Positions 1-10,355 of a stretch of DNA of 64,000 bases are shown piece by piece. The notes below the pieces were generated by a model. It was not told the DNA's origin. It worked only from the letters and a program-made list of their open reading frames with translations, and searched no databases. Source of the DNA: Diplonema japonicum (taxonomy: Eukaryota > Protista > Euglenozoa: Diplonemea); contig OZ025734.1 in the NCBI GenBank assembly GCA_964019335.1, positions 248,001 through 312,000 of the forward strand, given 5' to 3'. Position numbers and translations under genes: made by a program. How positions within the stretch are numbered: the stretch's first letter is position 1; each line of letters begins with the position of its first letter.

Positions 1-282
1 ATTCGGATGGATGTCACCGTGGGTCATGAGTCGTTTTCTCGCTTCGCGCGCGATAGATCGTTTCGACCTCTTCAAAATGAGGAAATGTGCCCGTGGAAGG
101 TGGATCATTGTTAAGGAGTAGATCAGGAGGTTGTTCCTGGATGGTGAGCCGAGCCAGTCGCAAACGAAAGGGGCGAAGGGGGTTGGCGTGGCCGAAGAAG
201 TTAGGAGGTCAATGAGTGAAAGAATGATGATAATGGTAATGGGGAGGGATATGACTGCCCCGCAGAACTTCAGTGCCTCCTG
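1..282 (-). CDS. N-terminus of putative ORF2 (partial) with 2A-like GDIHPN[PGP?] motif
   Basis: Manual translation: stop-free from 282 to 1 in the ORF1 frame (QEALKFCGAV...MIHLPRAHFLILKRSKRSIAREARKRLMTHGDIHPN); Met at 108. Confidence 0.6.
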
Positions 283-1875
283 TCAGATCTTCTGGTTTTT
301 GGGGCTTGGTGTCGCCTGCGAGTGGGTTTCCGACTCCCCTCTTTTCCTCGAACTCTCGGCGTTGGCCGCCTCCACACGTGCTTTTTCTTGTGCCGCCCAT
401 GAACTGGGGAACTCCGCCTCCGACAGCTTCACCCTCTGTTGCTTCCCTTTGAAGGTCCTCTCCCTTCTGTCGGGTGTGTCCTCTCGGGTCCAATCCCTGA
501 TTACGAGGGAGTGTCGCTTCTCCCCTCTCGCAATGAGCCTGGCCGTAGGGGGGTTGGTTGCACGTATGAGCCACTTCGACGCACCCAACTTGTCCATGTG
601 GTTAATAACCCACCCACAACCGGCCAGGTCGACTCTCAAGTCGCACTCGTGTTCGCAGTTCAGACACCCTTCCAGAATGTATTTTTCGCCTGTCTTCTGC
701 GCCGGAAGTAGGATGGGGTTGACCCTGGCCAGGACTTCCTTGCGGTCCGCACCTCTCGGTAGCATGAGGGCTAATCCGATTGGCGTCACGGTAAGGGAGG
801 TGCCCAGCGACGCGGTGGGGACGTCGGCCGCCCTGATCCCTTTCTTCAGCTGGATGACTTCCAGTCGGTCTCTCGCGAACGCGTGCGTCCAGAAAACGCC
901 CTGGTCTCCCGAAGCTGCTAACAGTCTCATCGCGAGTTCAGGGTCTACACGTACGAGGGCGGTGGCTGTCTTGTTCTCTGTGGATCGGTCTATCCTGAAG
1001 ACGGCATTCGGTAAGACCTTGAAGAGTCTCTCCTTGTCGCGTGCCGCTAGTAGTGCCATCCTTTTAATGGCGTTGCCGTCCGCTGTGCGTTTCCACTGTG
1101 CTGCTGAGCAGTGGTCCTTCGCAATCACCGCTTTGAGTATCGTTGTCCTGTTGTTGTCCTCCTTGGGAGGGGCGTCCATTGCTTGTGGGAGCACCTCGAT
1201 CCCAGTGACCCAGGTCCGAATGATCCCTCTCGTCGTGGGGGAGTCTGACTCAGTGCCACCCACGAATGGCTTGGTGCAGATGATTTTGAAATCAAGGCCG
1301 AGCGCCTTGAGACGAGAGGAGAGTTGGACCGGGTCCGAGGGGTTGAAGTAGATACCAGCCGTGAGCTGGTCGGGAACCACGTTGTGGATCTGCTGGGCTC
1401 CCCAGTGTTGCTGTACCAGTGCCAAGGGGGGTTTAACAGGGGCAGGTCTGCTCGTCCAATTGGTGGCCGCCCCGAGGTATGTCTTGGCGCTTCCTCTTGT
1501 CTCCTTCCTCGGGGGTGTCCTCTTCGATTGTTGCTGCTGCTGCTGGGCCGGTTGTCCCTTCGATTGTTGCTGCTGGCGCGGTTGCCCCTTTGCCTGTTGG
1601 TTTTGGAGCTGCTGCTGGAATTGCTGGGGTTGACCCTTCGGTTGGTAAGTCTGTGGAGGTTGTTGCTGAGCAAATGACTGTTGGGGTTGCGGCGGGGGCT
1701 GGTATTGTTGCAGAGCTGGCTGTTGCTGCGGGGTGGGCTGTTGAGGGGAGGCCTGTGCCTTTTCGACCAACTGTAAGATGCAGCTTAGTGTGGTCAGCAC
1801 CAGGCTCCTGTTTTCCTCGGAGAGGTCGCCCGCTAGCAGGCTCTGTGCCCTCTGGACCAGATGATGGGGGTCCAT
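283..1875 (-). CDS. Putative retrotransposon ORF1 (gag-like), Gln-rich N-terminal region, 530 aa
   Basis: Long intact ORF with ATG; its position between the SL-headed UTR and the 2A-bearing ORF suggests ORF1; no catalytic motif recognised. Confidence 0.65.
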   Translation of the reverse strand: MDPHHLVQRAQSLLAGDLSEENRSLVLTTLSCILQLVEKAQASPQQPTPQQQPALQQYQPPPQPQQSFAQQQPPQTYQPKGQPQQFQQQLQNQQAKGQPRQQQQSKGQPAQQQQQQSKRTPPRKETRGSAKTYLGAATNWTSRPAPVKPPLALVQQHWGAQQIHNVVPDQLTAGIYFNPSDPVQLSSRLKALGLDFKIICTKPFVGGTESDSPTTRGIIRTWVTGIEVLPQAMDAPPKEDNNRTTILKAVIAKDHCSAAQWKRTADGNAIKRMALLAARDKERLFKVLPNAVFRIDRSTENKTATALVRVDPELAMRLLAASGDQGVFWTHAFARDRLEVIQLKKGIRAADVPTASLGTSLTVTPIGLALMLPRGADRKEVLARVNPILLPAQKTGEKYILEGCLNCEHECDLRVDLAGCGWVINHMDKLGASKWLIRATNPPTARLIARGEKRHSLVIRDWTREDTPDRRERTFKGKQQRVKLSEAEFPSSWAAQEKARVEAANAESSRKRGESETHSQATPSPKNQKI

Positions 1876-2142
1876 GGTCTTCGTCTGTGGGGGGGGAATA
1901 AAACTGACTTTATAAGAAACTCGCTCTCTTGTCTACCGATCACTATAAACTCTCGTGCTCCTTCTGACAAACTTTTCACGTATTCCGACTTTTCACTGAT
2001 TTGCTGATACTGATATTGAAACTGATACTGATACTTTACTATCACCACTCTGTGCTCCGTAATACTCGCTGCGTGATCTTTGATCTATTTTTTTTTCTTT
2101 TCAAACCGCTCTACCTGGTTCCTTTATTGGCACGGTCGATAC

Positions 2143-2179
2143 CAATAAAGTACAGAAACTGTAGCTTTAGAATCGTTGG
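2143..2179 (-). ncRNA. Spliced-leader (mini-exon) sequence copy lacking its first 2 nt, followed by GTAT
   Basis: Minus strand reads CCAACGATTCTAAAGCTACAGTTTCTGTACTTTATTG|GTAT: 37 nt with the conserved euglenozoan core CAGTTTCTGTACTTTATTG and a diplonemid-like 5' half. Confidence 0.92.
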
Positions 2180-3938
2180 AAAAAAAAGAAAACCTGAACA
2201 AAAAGAAGAATAATACTTTTTTTTTTTCCAGAAAGAATACAAAAAAAAAAAAATCAAAGATCACACTCCCTTAAAAATGACCTTCGGAGAAAGAAGCAGA
2301 AGAATAAGAAGGGGGAGAAAAAATATATGACTAAAATATATGTATAAAACAAAACAAAACAAAAAAAAAAATATACTTCTCCACCCAAGATCTAAGTGTG
2401 GTGTACACCTCAACTTTTATGTCAGTATAAAATTGAGGGTCACAAACCTTTTGTTACCTCACCCCCAAAGTAAATCGGAGGTGTAAAAAAAAAAAAAAAA
2501 AAAAAAAAAAGCGTCCTTGGTATGAAGCATGGAATTCTCTTTCTTTCTTTTTGAAAAGTTTCGCCAATATGAGACCTGCGTCTTGCAAAAAACTTTCAAA
2601 GCGAGCGAGAGATGAAGAAGAAGTTTGTATGTACGTGCCGGGTAAAACCTGAAGAAGTTTGTCAACCCGAAACACGTTGCCAACGTTCCCCTTTTGTTTA
2701 GACAAGTCAAAGACTCGTTCTTGCAAAAAAAAAAAAAAAAAAAAAAAAAAAAGAAGAGATGAGATAAAAGAGGTTCCTGTTTGGAACGCCCCCCTTGTCT
2801 CTACTTATCTACCCCTTTCTCCCTTCTGGGGCCTCGGCCTTTCTTTCTTTTTTTTTTTGGCTGTGTTGCCTTTCTCGAAAAAAAAAAAAAAAATAATAAT
2901 AATAATAAAGGAGAGAGTTGAAGAAGACCGAAAAAATTCACGATAGGAGAAGTGTTAAAGGAACGACCGACTAGGGGATCCGAACAGCAACAAAAAAAAA
3001 AAAATAAATAAAAAAAAAAAATAAATAAATAATATATGAGTTAAAGGAGGCCGGTGTTGGCGGCGCCCTGCACAAGAACTGTCTACTTGATTACAGGGGG
3101 CGCTCCTCGGCTGAGTTGTAGCTTCTTCTGCGTTCCGCGTCGTGTCCTTAATGCGTGCGGTGTACAGCTCAACCCCAGCCGGTGCGTCCCGGGTAACCCA
3201 GATTCTGCGCTCGTGCAGTTTGCTGCCTGTTCGTCACCCTTAGCATCTGCATTATGTTCTCCCACTCGGGCGCTACCGGTGATGACCGACGAGGAGGTCA
3301 ACAGCGAACAACACATCTGATGTTTTTCTTATATTTTCATGTTATCCCCACCACCTAAATAAGAAGAAGATAGTGTAACTTTAACTATGTTCGACCGCTG
3401 GTGTAGAGCACAAAAGGCTGATATCTGTCAAACTCTAACACATGGGAAGAGTCCAAGGGAAAAAAAAAATAAAAATAAAAAAAAGAACTATATATCTTAA
3501 GGAGCGTGAGTAAGGTACCTCCACCCCTAGTGTTGCCGGGAAAACATTCAGAAAGACAATAAAAAAAGAAGAAGAAGAAAAAAAGAAAAGAAAAAAACTA
3601 CAATTGTGGTTACGCCGCCAAATTGACGCGAACAGAGGTACAATTTCAAAAACCAGGTGTGATATGACAGATTTTTCAAAAAAAGGGCAAAAGTTAGTTA
3701 ACGAAAGAAAGGATCGAAAGAACGAGGAAAAAAAAAAAGAAAAAAAAAAGAGAAAAAAAAAAAAATAGGATATTTCGCGTACTCCTTGTTGGTGTAGTTT
3801 TTCTCGGTGGGGGAAAAAAAAAAGAAAAAAAAAGTTAAAAACTGTGAGGTTTGGTCACTCGATTTTTTTTTTTTTTTTTTTTTTTAGACCTGATCACTTG
3901 GTTCACTCCCCCTTTTTTTTTTTTTTTTTTTTTACCCA

Positions 3939-3973
<35 letters not shown>

Positions 3974-4182
3974 CTTCTGTTTGTTTACCCGTTGTGCTGC
4001 TACTAATGTAGAGAGAGGGCAAAAAAGAAAAAAAAATTCACTATGATAGGAACGAAGTGGTTAGCAACGGCCCGCCGCGGTGGCGTGCCTACCTTATGAT
4101 GCTCCCCTTTTGGGGTCGTTCCCTGCCAAAAAAATGATTTTATTCGGTTCTTGTAGGAAAGTAGGGCATAGGTGAAAGTAGT

Positions 4183-4217
<35 letters not shown>

Positions 4218-4511
4218 GGTTTGGTCGAAGGTCAATAAAAAAAGAAGAAAAAAAAAATTTTTTTTTTAATGGTATGCATTTTTTGTGCTCATAGGGTTTA
4301 TTTTGACAGGAAGTCTATTATACCTCTCGAGCTGACTCAAGTCGATGTACACAGCCTGTACTTTCTGCATGCTGCCTCATTTATTGAATTTTTCTTTATT
4401 TATTTTATTTTTTTCCCCCTCCTTCTTCTTCCCTCGAAACACAAAATACGGAACGGTAGCCCGTTATCAGACCTGGGTAGAGGGGAAGAGTCACGAGCTA
4501 TAAAAAAATAA

Positions 4512-5080
4512 CTATTTATTGCCAACAAATAATGAGTCATTATTTAACTCGAGTTCCCGAATTTTTTGCACGAGGGCCCGCAGGGCCCGAGTGCAAAAAA
4601 ACGGGTAACGAGTGTTAAATAATGGCTCATTTGGCGGCAAGTAAGTCGTTTTATTTCACTCTTCGTCATTTGAGTCACTCACTCTTCACTGCTTTCACTG
4701 CTGTTTTTTTTCACGCAGGTCAGCTTTTTGGGGATTTTCCTAAGGTAATACAGGGTAGCTATTTCGCCGTGGCATTTAAAGGGGAAGTAAGGCACTTATT
4801 CCCACTTTTAAGGGCTGGAATGGCCTCAGATGGCCAAAAATAGTCAAAATACCCCCACCCCAAAAAAATTTTTCAAGGGGTTGGGTGCATTTTTTTCCAC
4901 GACAAGACCCATTTTGTCACTCTGAAGGGCCATTATTTAACTGCAAAATCTCATTATTTAACTAGTTAAATAATGGCGATTTCGCGTTAAATAATGGCCG
5001 TTTCGCGTTAAATAATGGCCATTTCGCGTTAAATAATGAGGCCCCTAGTGAGTGAAGAAAATGACGAAGAGTGAAATAAA
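4512..5080 (+). mobile_element. Non-autonomous Crypton-like element (5' palindrome plus internal complement of the 3' end)
   Basis: Long imperfect palindrome 4512-4645 centred on gagggcccgcagggcccga; ttttatttcactcttcgtcattt (4649-4671) is the reverse complement of the 3' end (5058-5080); 21-nt repeats at 4964-5038; related copies at 48207 and 7737. Confidence 0.65.
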
Positions 5081-5983
5081 AAAAAAAAAAAAAAAAAAAG
5101 ACAACACATGCACCCTTTACATGAAAATCGTAGATAGGATGGAGGGGGGGGGAAAATGACTGGGGGGGGAGCACAGCATCAACAACATTTTATTTCTCTT
5201 TTCTCTTTTTGTTCATGTTGCGGTTAAGGGTACACAACCCGCTTGCTGGCCATAGGGAACGTTCTTGGGGAGAACAAAAAGTGAAGAAATGTTTTTTTTT
5301 TTTGTTTTTGTTTTTGTTTTTTGAATTTTTCTCCACCGGATTTTGTATTTTATTCTTATTATCAGCGACATGCTTCTCAAAAAAAAAAAAAAAAATGAAA
5401 AGAGAGTTTTAATCCACTTCTTAATTTCGTTAAAACAGGCTGGGCTGGGGCAGCTGCAAATATTTTGTAAAGTGATTACGATAATAATGGTGAATAAGTC
5501 CAAATCCGGTGTCATTTTTTTTCTTTCTTTTTCTTTTTTTCATTCTTTCTATAGTACATATTGGGGGGGGGGGGGGGGGGGGGGAGTATCAAAAAATCGA
5601 ATCATTATGGGGGGCTTTTTTTTAAACTCCTTAACTACCACTAACGCCACACACACTAGTATCGGTGCTTTGTTTCTTTTGTGCAAACCGGGGTTTTTTT
5701 TTTTTTTTTTTTAGCTTATAGCAAAAAAAAAAAAAAAAAAAATAAATAAAATAAACTATTTATTATAAAAATCTGGCTGATTTTTATTCAATATGATATT
5801 TTATTTAATTTTTGTAAAGTTAAATGAGGAAATTTCGGTCACTGTGAACCCTTTATATTCACTTCTGCGAAATGTTCACACTGATGTCAAAAACTAAGCC
5901 TGATTGCCTGAGAAGGACGATGTCAAATTGACAGAATTCTTGTAGGTTTTGTGTAATTTGTGTCGGCACTTGATCATCGCTCT

Positions 5984-6178
5984 TCAGAAACTGCTGGTTT
6001 TGTGCGGGGGCTTGATCAGGTCTGACTTCCAGCCAAAACAGCAGGTTCCTTCATCAACAAGGTATTGTGCAAAAGAACGCCTGTATGCATGGCCAGTGTA
6101 ATTTTCGGCATTTGCCAGCCTCAGGTGATGCTTGGTGGCCCGGAAACGTGGTAAAGTGTGTTTATGCCTCTTTTGCAT
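5984..6178 (-). pseudogene. Tyrosine recombinase C-terminal fragment (Crypton-type)
   Basis: LRLANAENYTGHAYRRSFAQYLVDEG...FGWKS matches the HxxR box and GWxS motif; internally deleted, catalytic Tyr not seen. Confidence 0.7.
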
Positions 6179-6240
6179 GCCTGACGTGTTTGGGTTGGTT
6201 GGGTTTTGTCGAGCGACGTTTGTAAAAGCGCAACATGCTG

Positions 6241-6322
6241 TAGCCCAGTGGTAGCCCAGTGGTTATGTCGCCGCACTCGTCTCCTGGAGACGTTAGATCA
6301 AATCCTGGACCCCGAACTTTTT
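6241..6322 (+). other. tRNA-like Pol III unit (degenerate)
   Basis: A box TAGCCCAGTGG (tandemly duplicated), B-box-like GATCAAATCC, then TTTTT; no good cloverleaf. Confidence 0.45.
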
Positions 6323-6338
6323 CGATAAAATCGGGGTC

Positions 6339-6418
6339 AAAAAAAACGGTCCCTCGGGGTTTGAACCCTCGACCCCTGAAATCCTGGCCGAGGGTCCTGA
6401 CCACTGACCTATGGCGGT
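6339..6418 (-). other. tRNA-like Pol III unit (pseudo-tRNA or SINE head)
   Basis: A box TAGGTCAGTGG, B box GGTTCAAACCC, T8 terminator; acceptor stem does not pair. Confidence 0.55.
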
Positions 6419-7736
6419 GTCAGCGGCCACCAGAAAAAGCCCGAAAATTGCTCAGAGTAAAAATCAGATTTTTACCTGATTTTTACAGCACTTTTTTAAA
6501 GCCCAAATTCGGCCTATTACCTGATTTTTATTCTTCACTTTATTTTTACTCGTGAACGGTAAAGTGATTTCTGATTTTTATGGCTCTTTAGGAATTTCCT
6601 CATGTAACTTTACAAAATTAAATTAAAAAAAAAAAAAAATTCCCGCCCAAGAAATAGGTTTAACCCAAAGAAATCGCGATGCAACGAAAAAAAAAAGATT
6701 TTTTTTTTTTGATAAATTTTTCGGTTACCGAAAGCTTTTACTTTCTCTTTTTTGTTTTTTCTTTTTTTTTTTTCCAGCATGATGGGCGAGACTCACCATA
6801 TTCTCACAATTCTTGGGTTTACAACATTTCTTTTTTTTTCTTCTTCTTTCTTTCTTTTTTTTTTTTCTGATGGCTAGATATTCTGATTTTTTCGTCTATA
6901 ATCCAGAAAGACCCCCCATTTTATATTCTGCAGAAGAAGAACAAAAAAAAAAAAAAAAAAAAAAAAAACTACGCTGGAAAAGACACAGTTACTTTACATT
7001 TTTCTTTTCTTTTTTCGCTTCTTTCTTTTTTGTGTATCCGGTTTTGTTTTTTTTCTTTTTTTCTTTCCTGGTTCTTTTCTTTTTCTTCCAACGATATTCT
7101 TTCTTTTCTTTTTTTTTGCTTTTTTTTTTTCTTCATAATTTAGGTTTTTTTTTTTCTTTTCTTTTTAATTTGCATGATGCCCGCGGGCCCTCGTGCAAAG
7201 GAGAGAAAAAAAAGAAAAAAAAAAGGACTAATAAAGGACTAATTTTGGTGATAAGCAAGTTGGTTTTTATTGTTTAATTATTAATGCACCCCCTTTCGTC
7301 TTCTTTTTTTTTTTTTTTTTTTTTTTTGACTCACTCCGCTAGGGATGCGTTTTATTGGCCGCAGGGAGCGAATGAAAACGAAAAAAAAAAAAAGGGGCAA
7401 CAAATAATATTTAAAAAAAAAACTTTTTTTTTTTTCCCTTCTCAGATTTTAAAACTGTGAGTTTTGGTCTCGGCTTTTGTGACAGAATTCTTTGACTCGC
7501 TTAAGGGCCCTGAGACCTAGTAGGCCTGAAGGCATTGGTCCTGCCCCCCCCCCCCCCCCAAAAAAAAAAAAGAGACATTTAAGGGTACCTGCGGTATGTG
7601 GCAGGACGCCTGAATGGAAAAAAGAAGAAGAAGAACCACGCGACTGTTGGTCAAGTTAACAGTGTGGTCCCTACATTAGTCTCTACACCATAATTTTTCT
7701 CTTTCCGGTGAGCACCCGGTGAGGAGCGAGCGGCAG

Positions 7737-7934
7737 TCAACAAAAGCAGGAAAAACAACTTGTATTGTAACCTTTGTAACCCCTCTCTTGTTGTACCCCT
7801 TGTCACCCTGTTGTGCCCCTCGTGGTGAGGTAATTTCAGAGTGTCGTGAAATAAAACCACTTACCTACCGCCAAGTAATGCTTTACCGTCCTCTCGAGGT
7901 AACGGTAAAGTCATTACTTGTTGGCAGTAAATAA
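7737..7934 (-). mobile_element. Truncated inverted copy of the Crypton-like element at 48207
   Basis: Near-identical reverse complement of about 48207-48465 with the hairpin tip deleted. Confidence 0.75.
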
Positions 7935-8314
7935 AGGGGGGGGGGGGGGGCGAATAATTTCCTCCCAAATAATGTGTTTTTTCCCAAATAATTCTTTTTT
8001 TTTTTTTTTCCGGGGATTTTTCCGCTCCAAATTTCCCAAATAATTCACAGGGTTATTGTGGGTACTATTTTTCTAACGCAAGAAGCTAGATGGTTCGTGA
8101 TGAACGGTTCAAAATTTCACGGAACTACTGAGTTCGAAGGCGCTTTGTGGGTGGCCCGGGTGCTTCTGCGTTGCCGGAAGGGCACTTGGATTCATGTGTT
8201 GACAGCTTATCCGGTATTTGCTTCTTTCATGGCCCGCAATGTCAATATTCCATTCCTGAGCAAGATCCCAAAGCTGTGCCGTAGCCCACTGGCATTGTGA
8301 GGCTGCTTACGCAA

Positions 8315-8525
8315 GTAAGAATGCTGGCCCGGCGAGCTACGAGGGCAACCCCATTTTCTTCTAGAAGATGAGAAATATGGTATAGTGCGACATGATCAGA
8401 CTGGAACGGCCGCCCCGGGGCATCCTCGATCGACGTGGGAGGCCCTTCTTCGGAAGGTGCCAGTCGCTTGATCCGTGTATTTTATTAGAACAAATATAAC
8501 AATCGATTGAAAAGGAAAAGTACGT
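8315..8525 (+). mobile_element. Solo 3'-terminal fragment of the Penelope-like element
   Basis: Reverse-complement similarity to 13095-13335, e.g. gatcagactggaacggccgccccggggcatcctc...ccttcttcggaaggtgccagtcgcttgatc. Confidence 0.8.
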
Positions 8526-9362
8526 ATTGTGAGGCTGCTTCTGTGTGGCATCCGGCGATTCAGACCTCCCGCCATTTTGAGGGGTTAGGGGGCTGCGGCA
8601 TGCCCCAAGCAGCCGAGGCTGGGACGTTGGTTGATGACTGCAGCAGAGCGCCGAATCAACGTGGCACTGTGGGTAGGGCAGGCACATGAGAAAGGTCATG
8701 CAACTGCTCGGCACCTTTAGCTGTATGCGGTCCTGCGGCTACCTTCCAGGTAGTTCCGAGGAGACCATACAGCTAAGGGCACTTAGCGAAGTAAGCACTT
8801 TGCCCTTTAGACAGTGCAGCACAGAATGTAGTTGCGGGTGTTACAATGGACACTGCAGCTGACGAGACTCCAGCAGCCTCCCAAGCCCTTGAAGCTTCTC
8901 AAGCCCAGTTTCTCAAGCCTCTCAGATCCCCGCAACCTCCCAGCAACCACCTAACGCCAAAACCAGGCGGTTTGTCTGCAACGTTTGTGGGTTCTCCACA
9001 GCCTGGGGGAAAAACTGTTAAAATTTCCCTTGGAAAGAAAAAGGGCATGAAAAAAGTCTTGGCACGATTTGGCATGTTAAGATTTCCGAAGTGCTCTAAG
9101 CCCCGCTTTCCATGTGGCAGGCCCCCCAGCCCAAATAAGTGTATTCCAAATAATTCTTTTTTTTTGGAGCACCCCCCCTCCACTGCCCAAATAAAGGGAT
9201 TATTCGGGGGGGGCCCTTTAGCTATTTTTTTTTTTTTTTTTTTTTTTTTTGCAAATATATTTTCATTCGAAAAAAAACTCAAATTAACATGCAAACTCCC
9301 AGAGCGAAAGCCGCATGCCAAAAAAATAATTCGTTATGACTATTTTCTTTGTTGTTCGCACG

Positions 9363-9402
<40 letters not shown>

Positions 9403-10031
9403 TTTTTTAAAAAGCTGCGAAAGTTTTTTTTGCTCGGCACAAGTTGCATATAGTTATAAAATCAGTTTTTGAAAGATAAATATTTGTACAAAAAAGTTGT
9501 CTCGATTTTAGTGGTGCCATGCAGTATGTGACACAGCGGCCACCCTTGTGAAAGCCCCGAAGCCTCCCAAGTCCCCTGTGGTCCCGTAGAAAGTAAAAGT
9601 GGAGAGGTAAAGAAAGCTTGGAAATTGAAATAGGGAGAGGGGCCACAGAAGCAATTAAACACCAACTGGAGAGTTGTGGGAGGCTTGCTTCACTGGCACG
9701 ATGCCGCGGGGAGGCTACTTGCCTGACCTGGTGAAGCCACCTCCTTGTTCGATGTAATGGGATAAGGGACTCTCCGTTGAGGGCGATGCTAACTGGCGCC
9801 ACGCGTAGGGTGGGCTCTCCACCCCCGTCCAGGTTTCCCCACGTGTACGGCTTTAGAACGAGAGTTTCCCTTTCGCTTGTGTTTCTCTAAACCACAATTA
9901 CCAGGAACCACCACAGGGAGGTTGGAAACATTGGTCCCCCAAAAAAAAAAAAAAAAAAAAAAAAAGTCGGTGTTGTTGTTTGTACAAACCAGTTGACCTG
10001 TGAAGGGTAACCAAAAAATAAAGGCTTGCCA

Positions 10032-10076
<45 letters not shown>

Positions 10077-10318
10077 CAAAAGAAAAAAAAAAAGAAGAAA
10101 AAAAAGAACTATAAACAGCATAAACCCACGGTTCCCTTTAGAAGTTACAACTAACTTTAAGTTAAAAAAAAAACCCTCCCCCCCCCCTTTTTTTTTTGGT
10201 CTATTTGAAGGTTCCTTCCTCATGACACTTGGTGCGGTCTTTCTTTCTTTTCCTTTTTTTTTTTTTTTCGCACACGACTGCTGAGGGCGGGCTTTTCAAA
10301 TCCAAAAAAAAAAAATTC

Positions 10319-10354
<36 letters not shown>

Positions 10355-10355
<1 letters not shown>

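Larger units (their letters stand above)
1..2179 (-). mobile_element. 5' portion of a probable non-LTR retrotransposon (SL-headed 5' UTR, ORF1, start of ORF2); continues beyond the left edge
   Basis: GC-rich intronless ORF1 (283-1875) followed in frame by an ORF ending at the edge in ...LMTHGDIHPN, a 2A-like motif known ahead of retrotransposon endonucleases; begins abruptly at an SL exon copy next to an A/T homopolymer. RT and endonuclease are not inside the window. Confidence 0.7.
5756..6624 (+). mobile_element. Crypton-like element with tyrosine recombinase remnant and two tRNA-like units
   Basis: Starts ctatttatt like the 4512 element; inverted repeat 5804-5834 / 6593-6623; internal recombinase fragment. 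Confidence 0.6.

Noticed and set aside
131-1351. 406-aa plus-strand ORF
   Set aside because: Antisense shadow of ORF1; no motifs
2454-3320. Possible small exons (2520-2725, 3050-3320)
   Set aside because: No recognisable domain or consistent splice model
6241-6418. Functional tRNA genes
   Set aside because: Promoter boxes are present but acceptor and anticodon stems do not form
6259-6555. GDVRSNPGP, a second 2A-like string
   Set aside because: Arises from the tRNA-like B box and hairpin in a short ORF with no coding character
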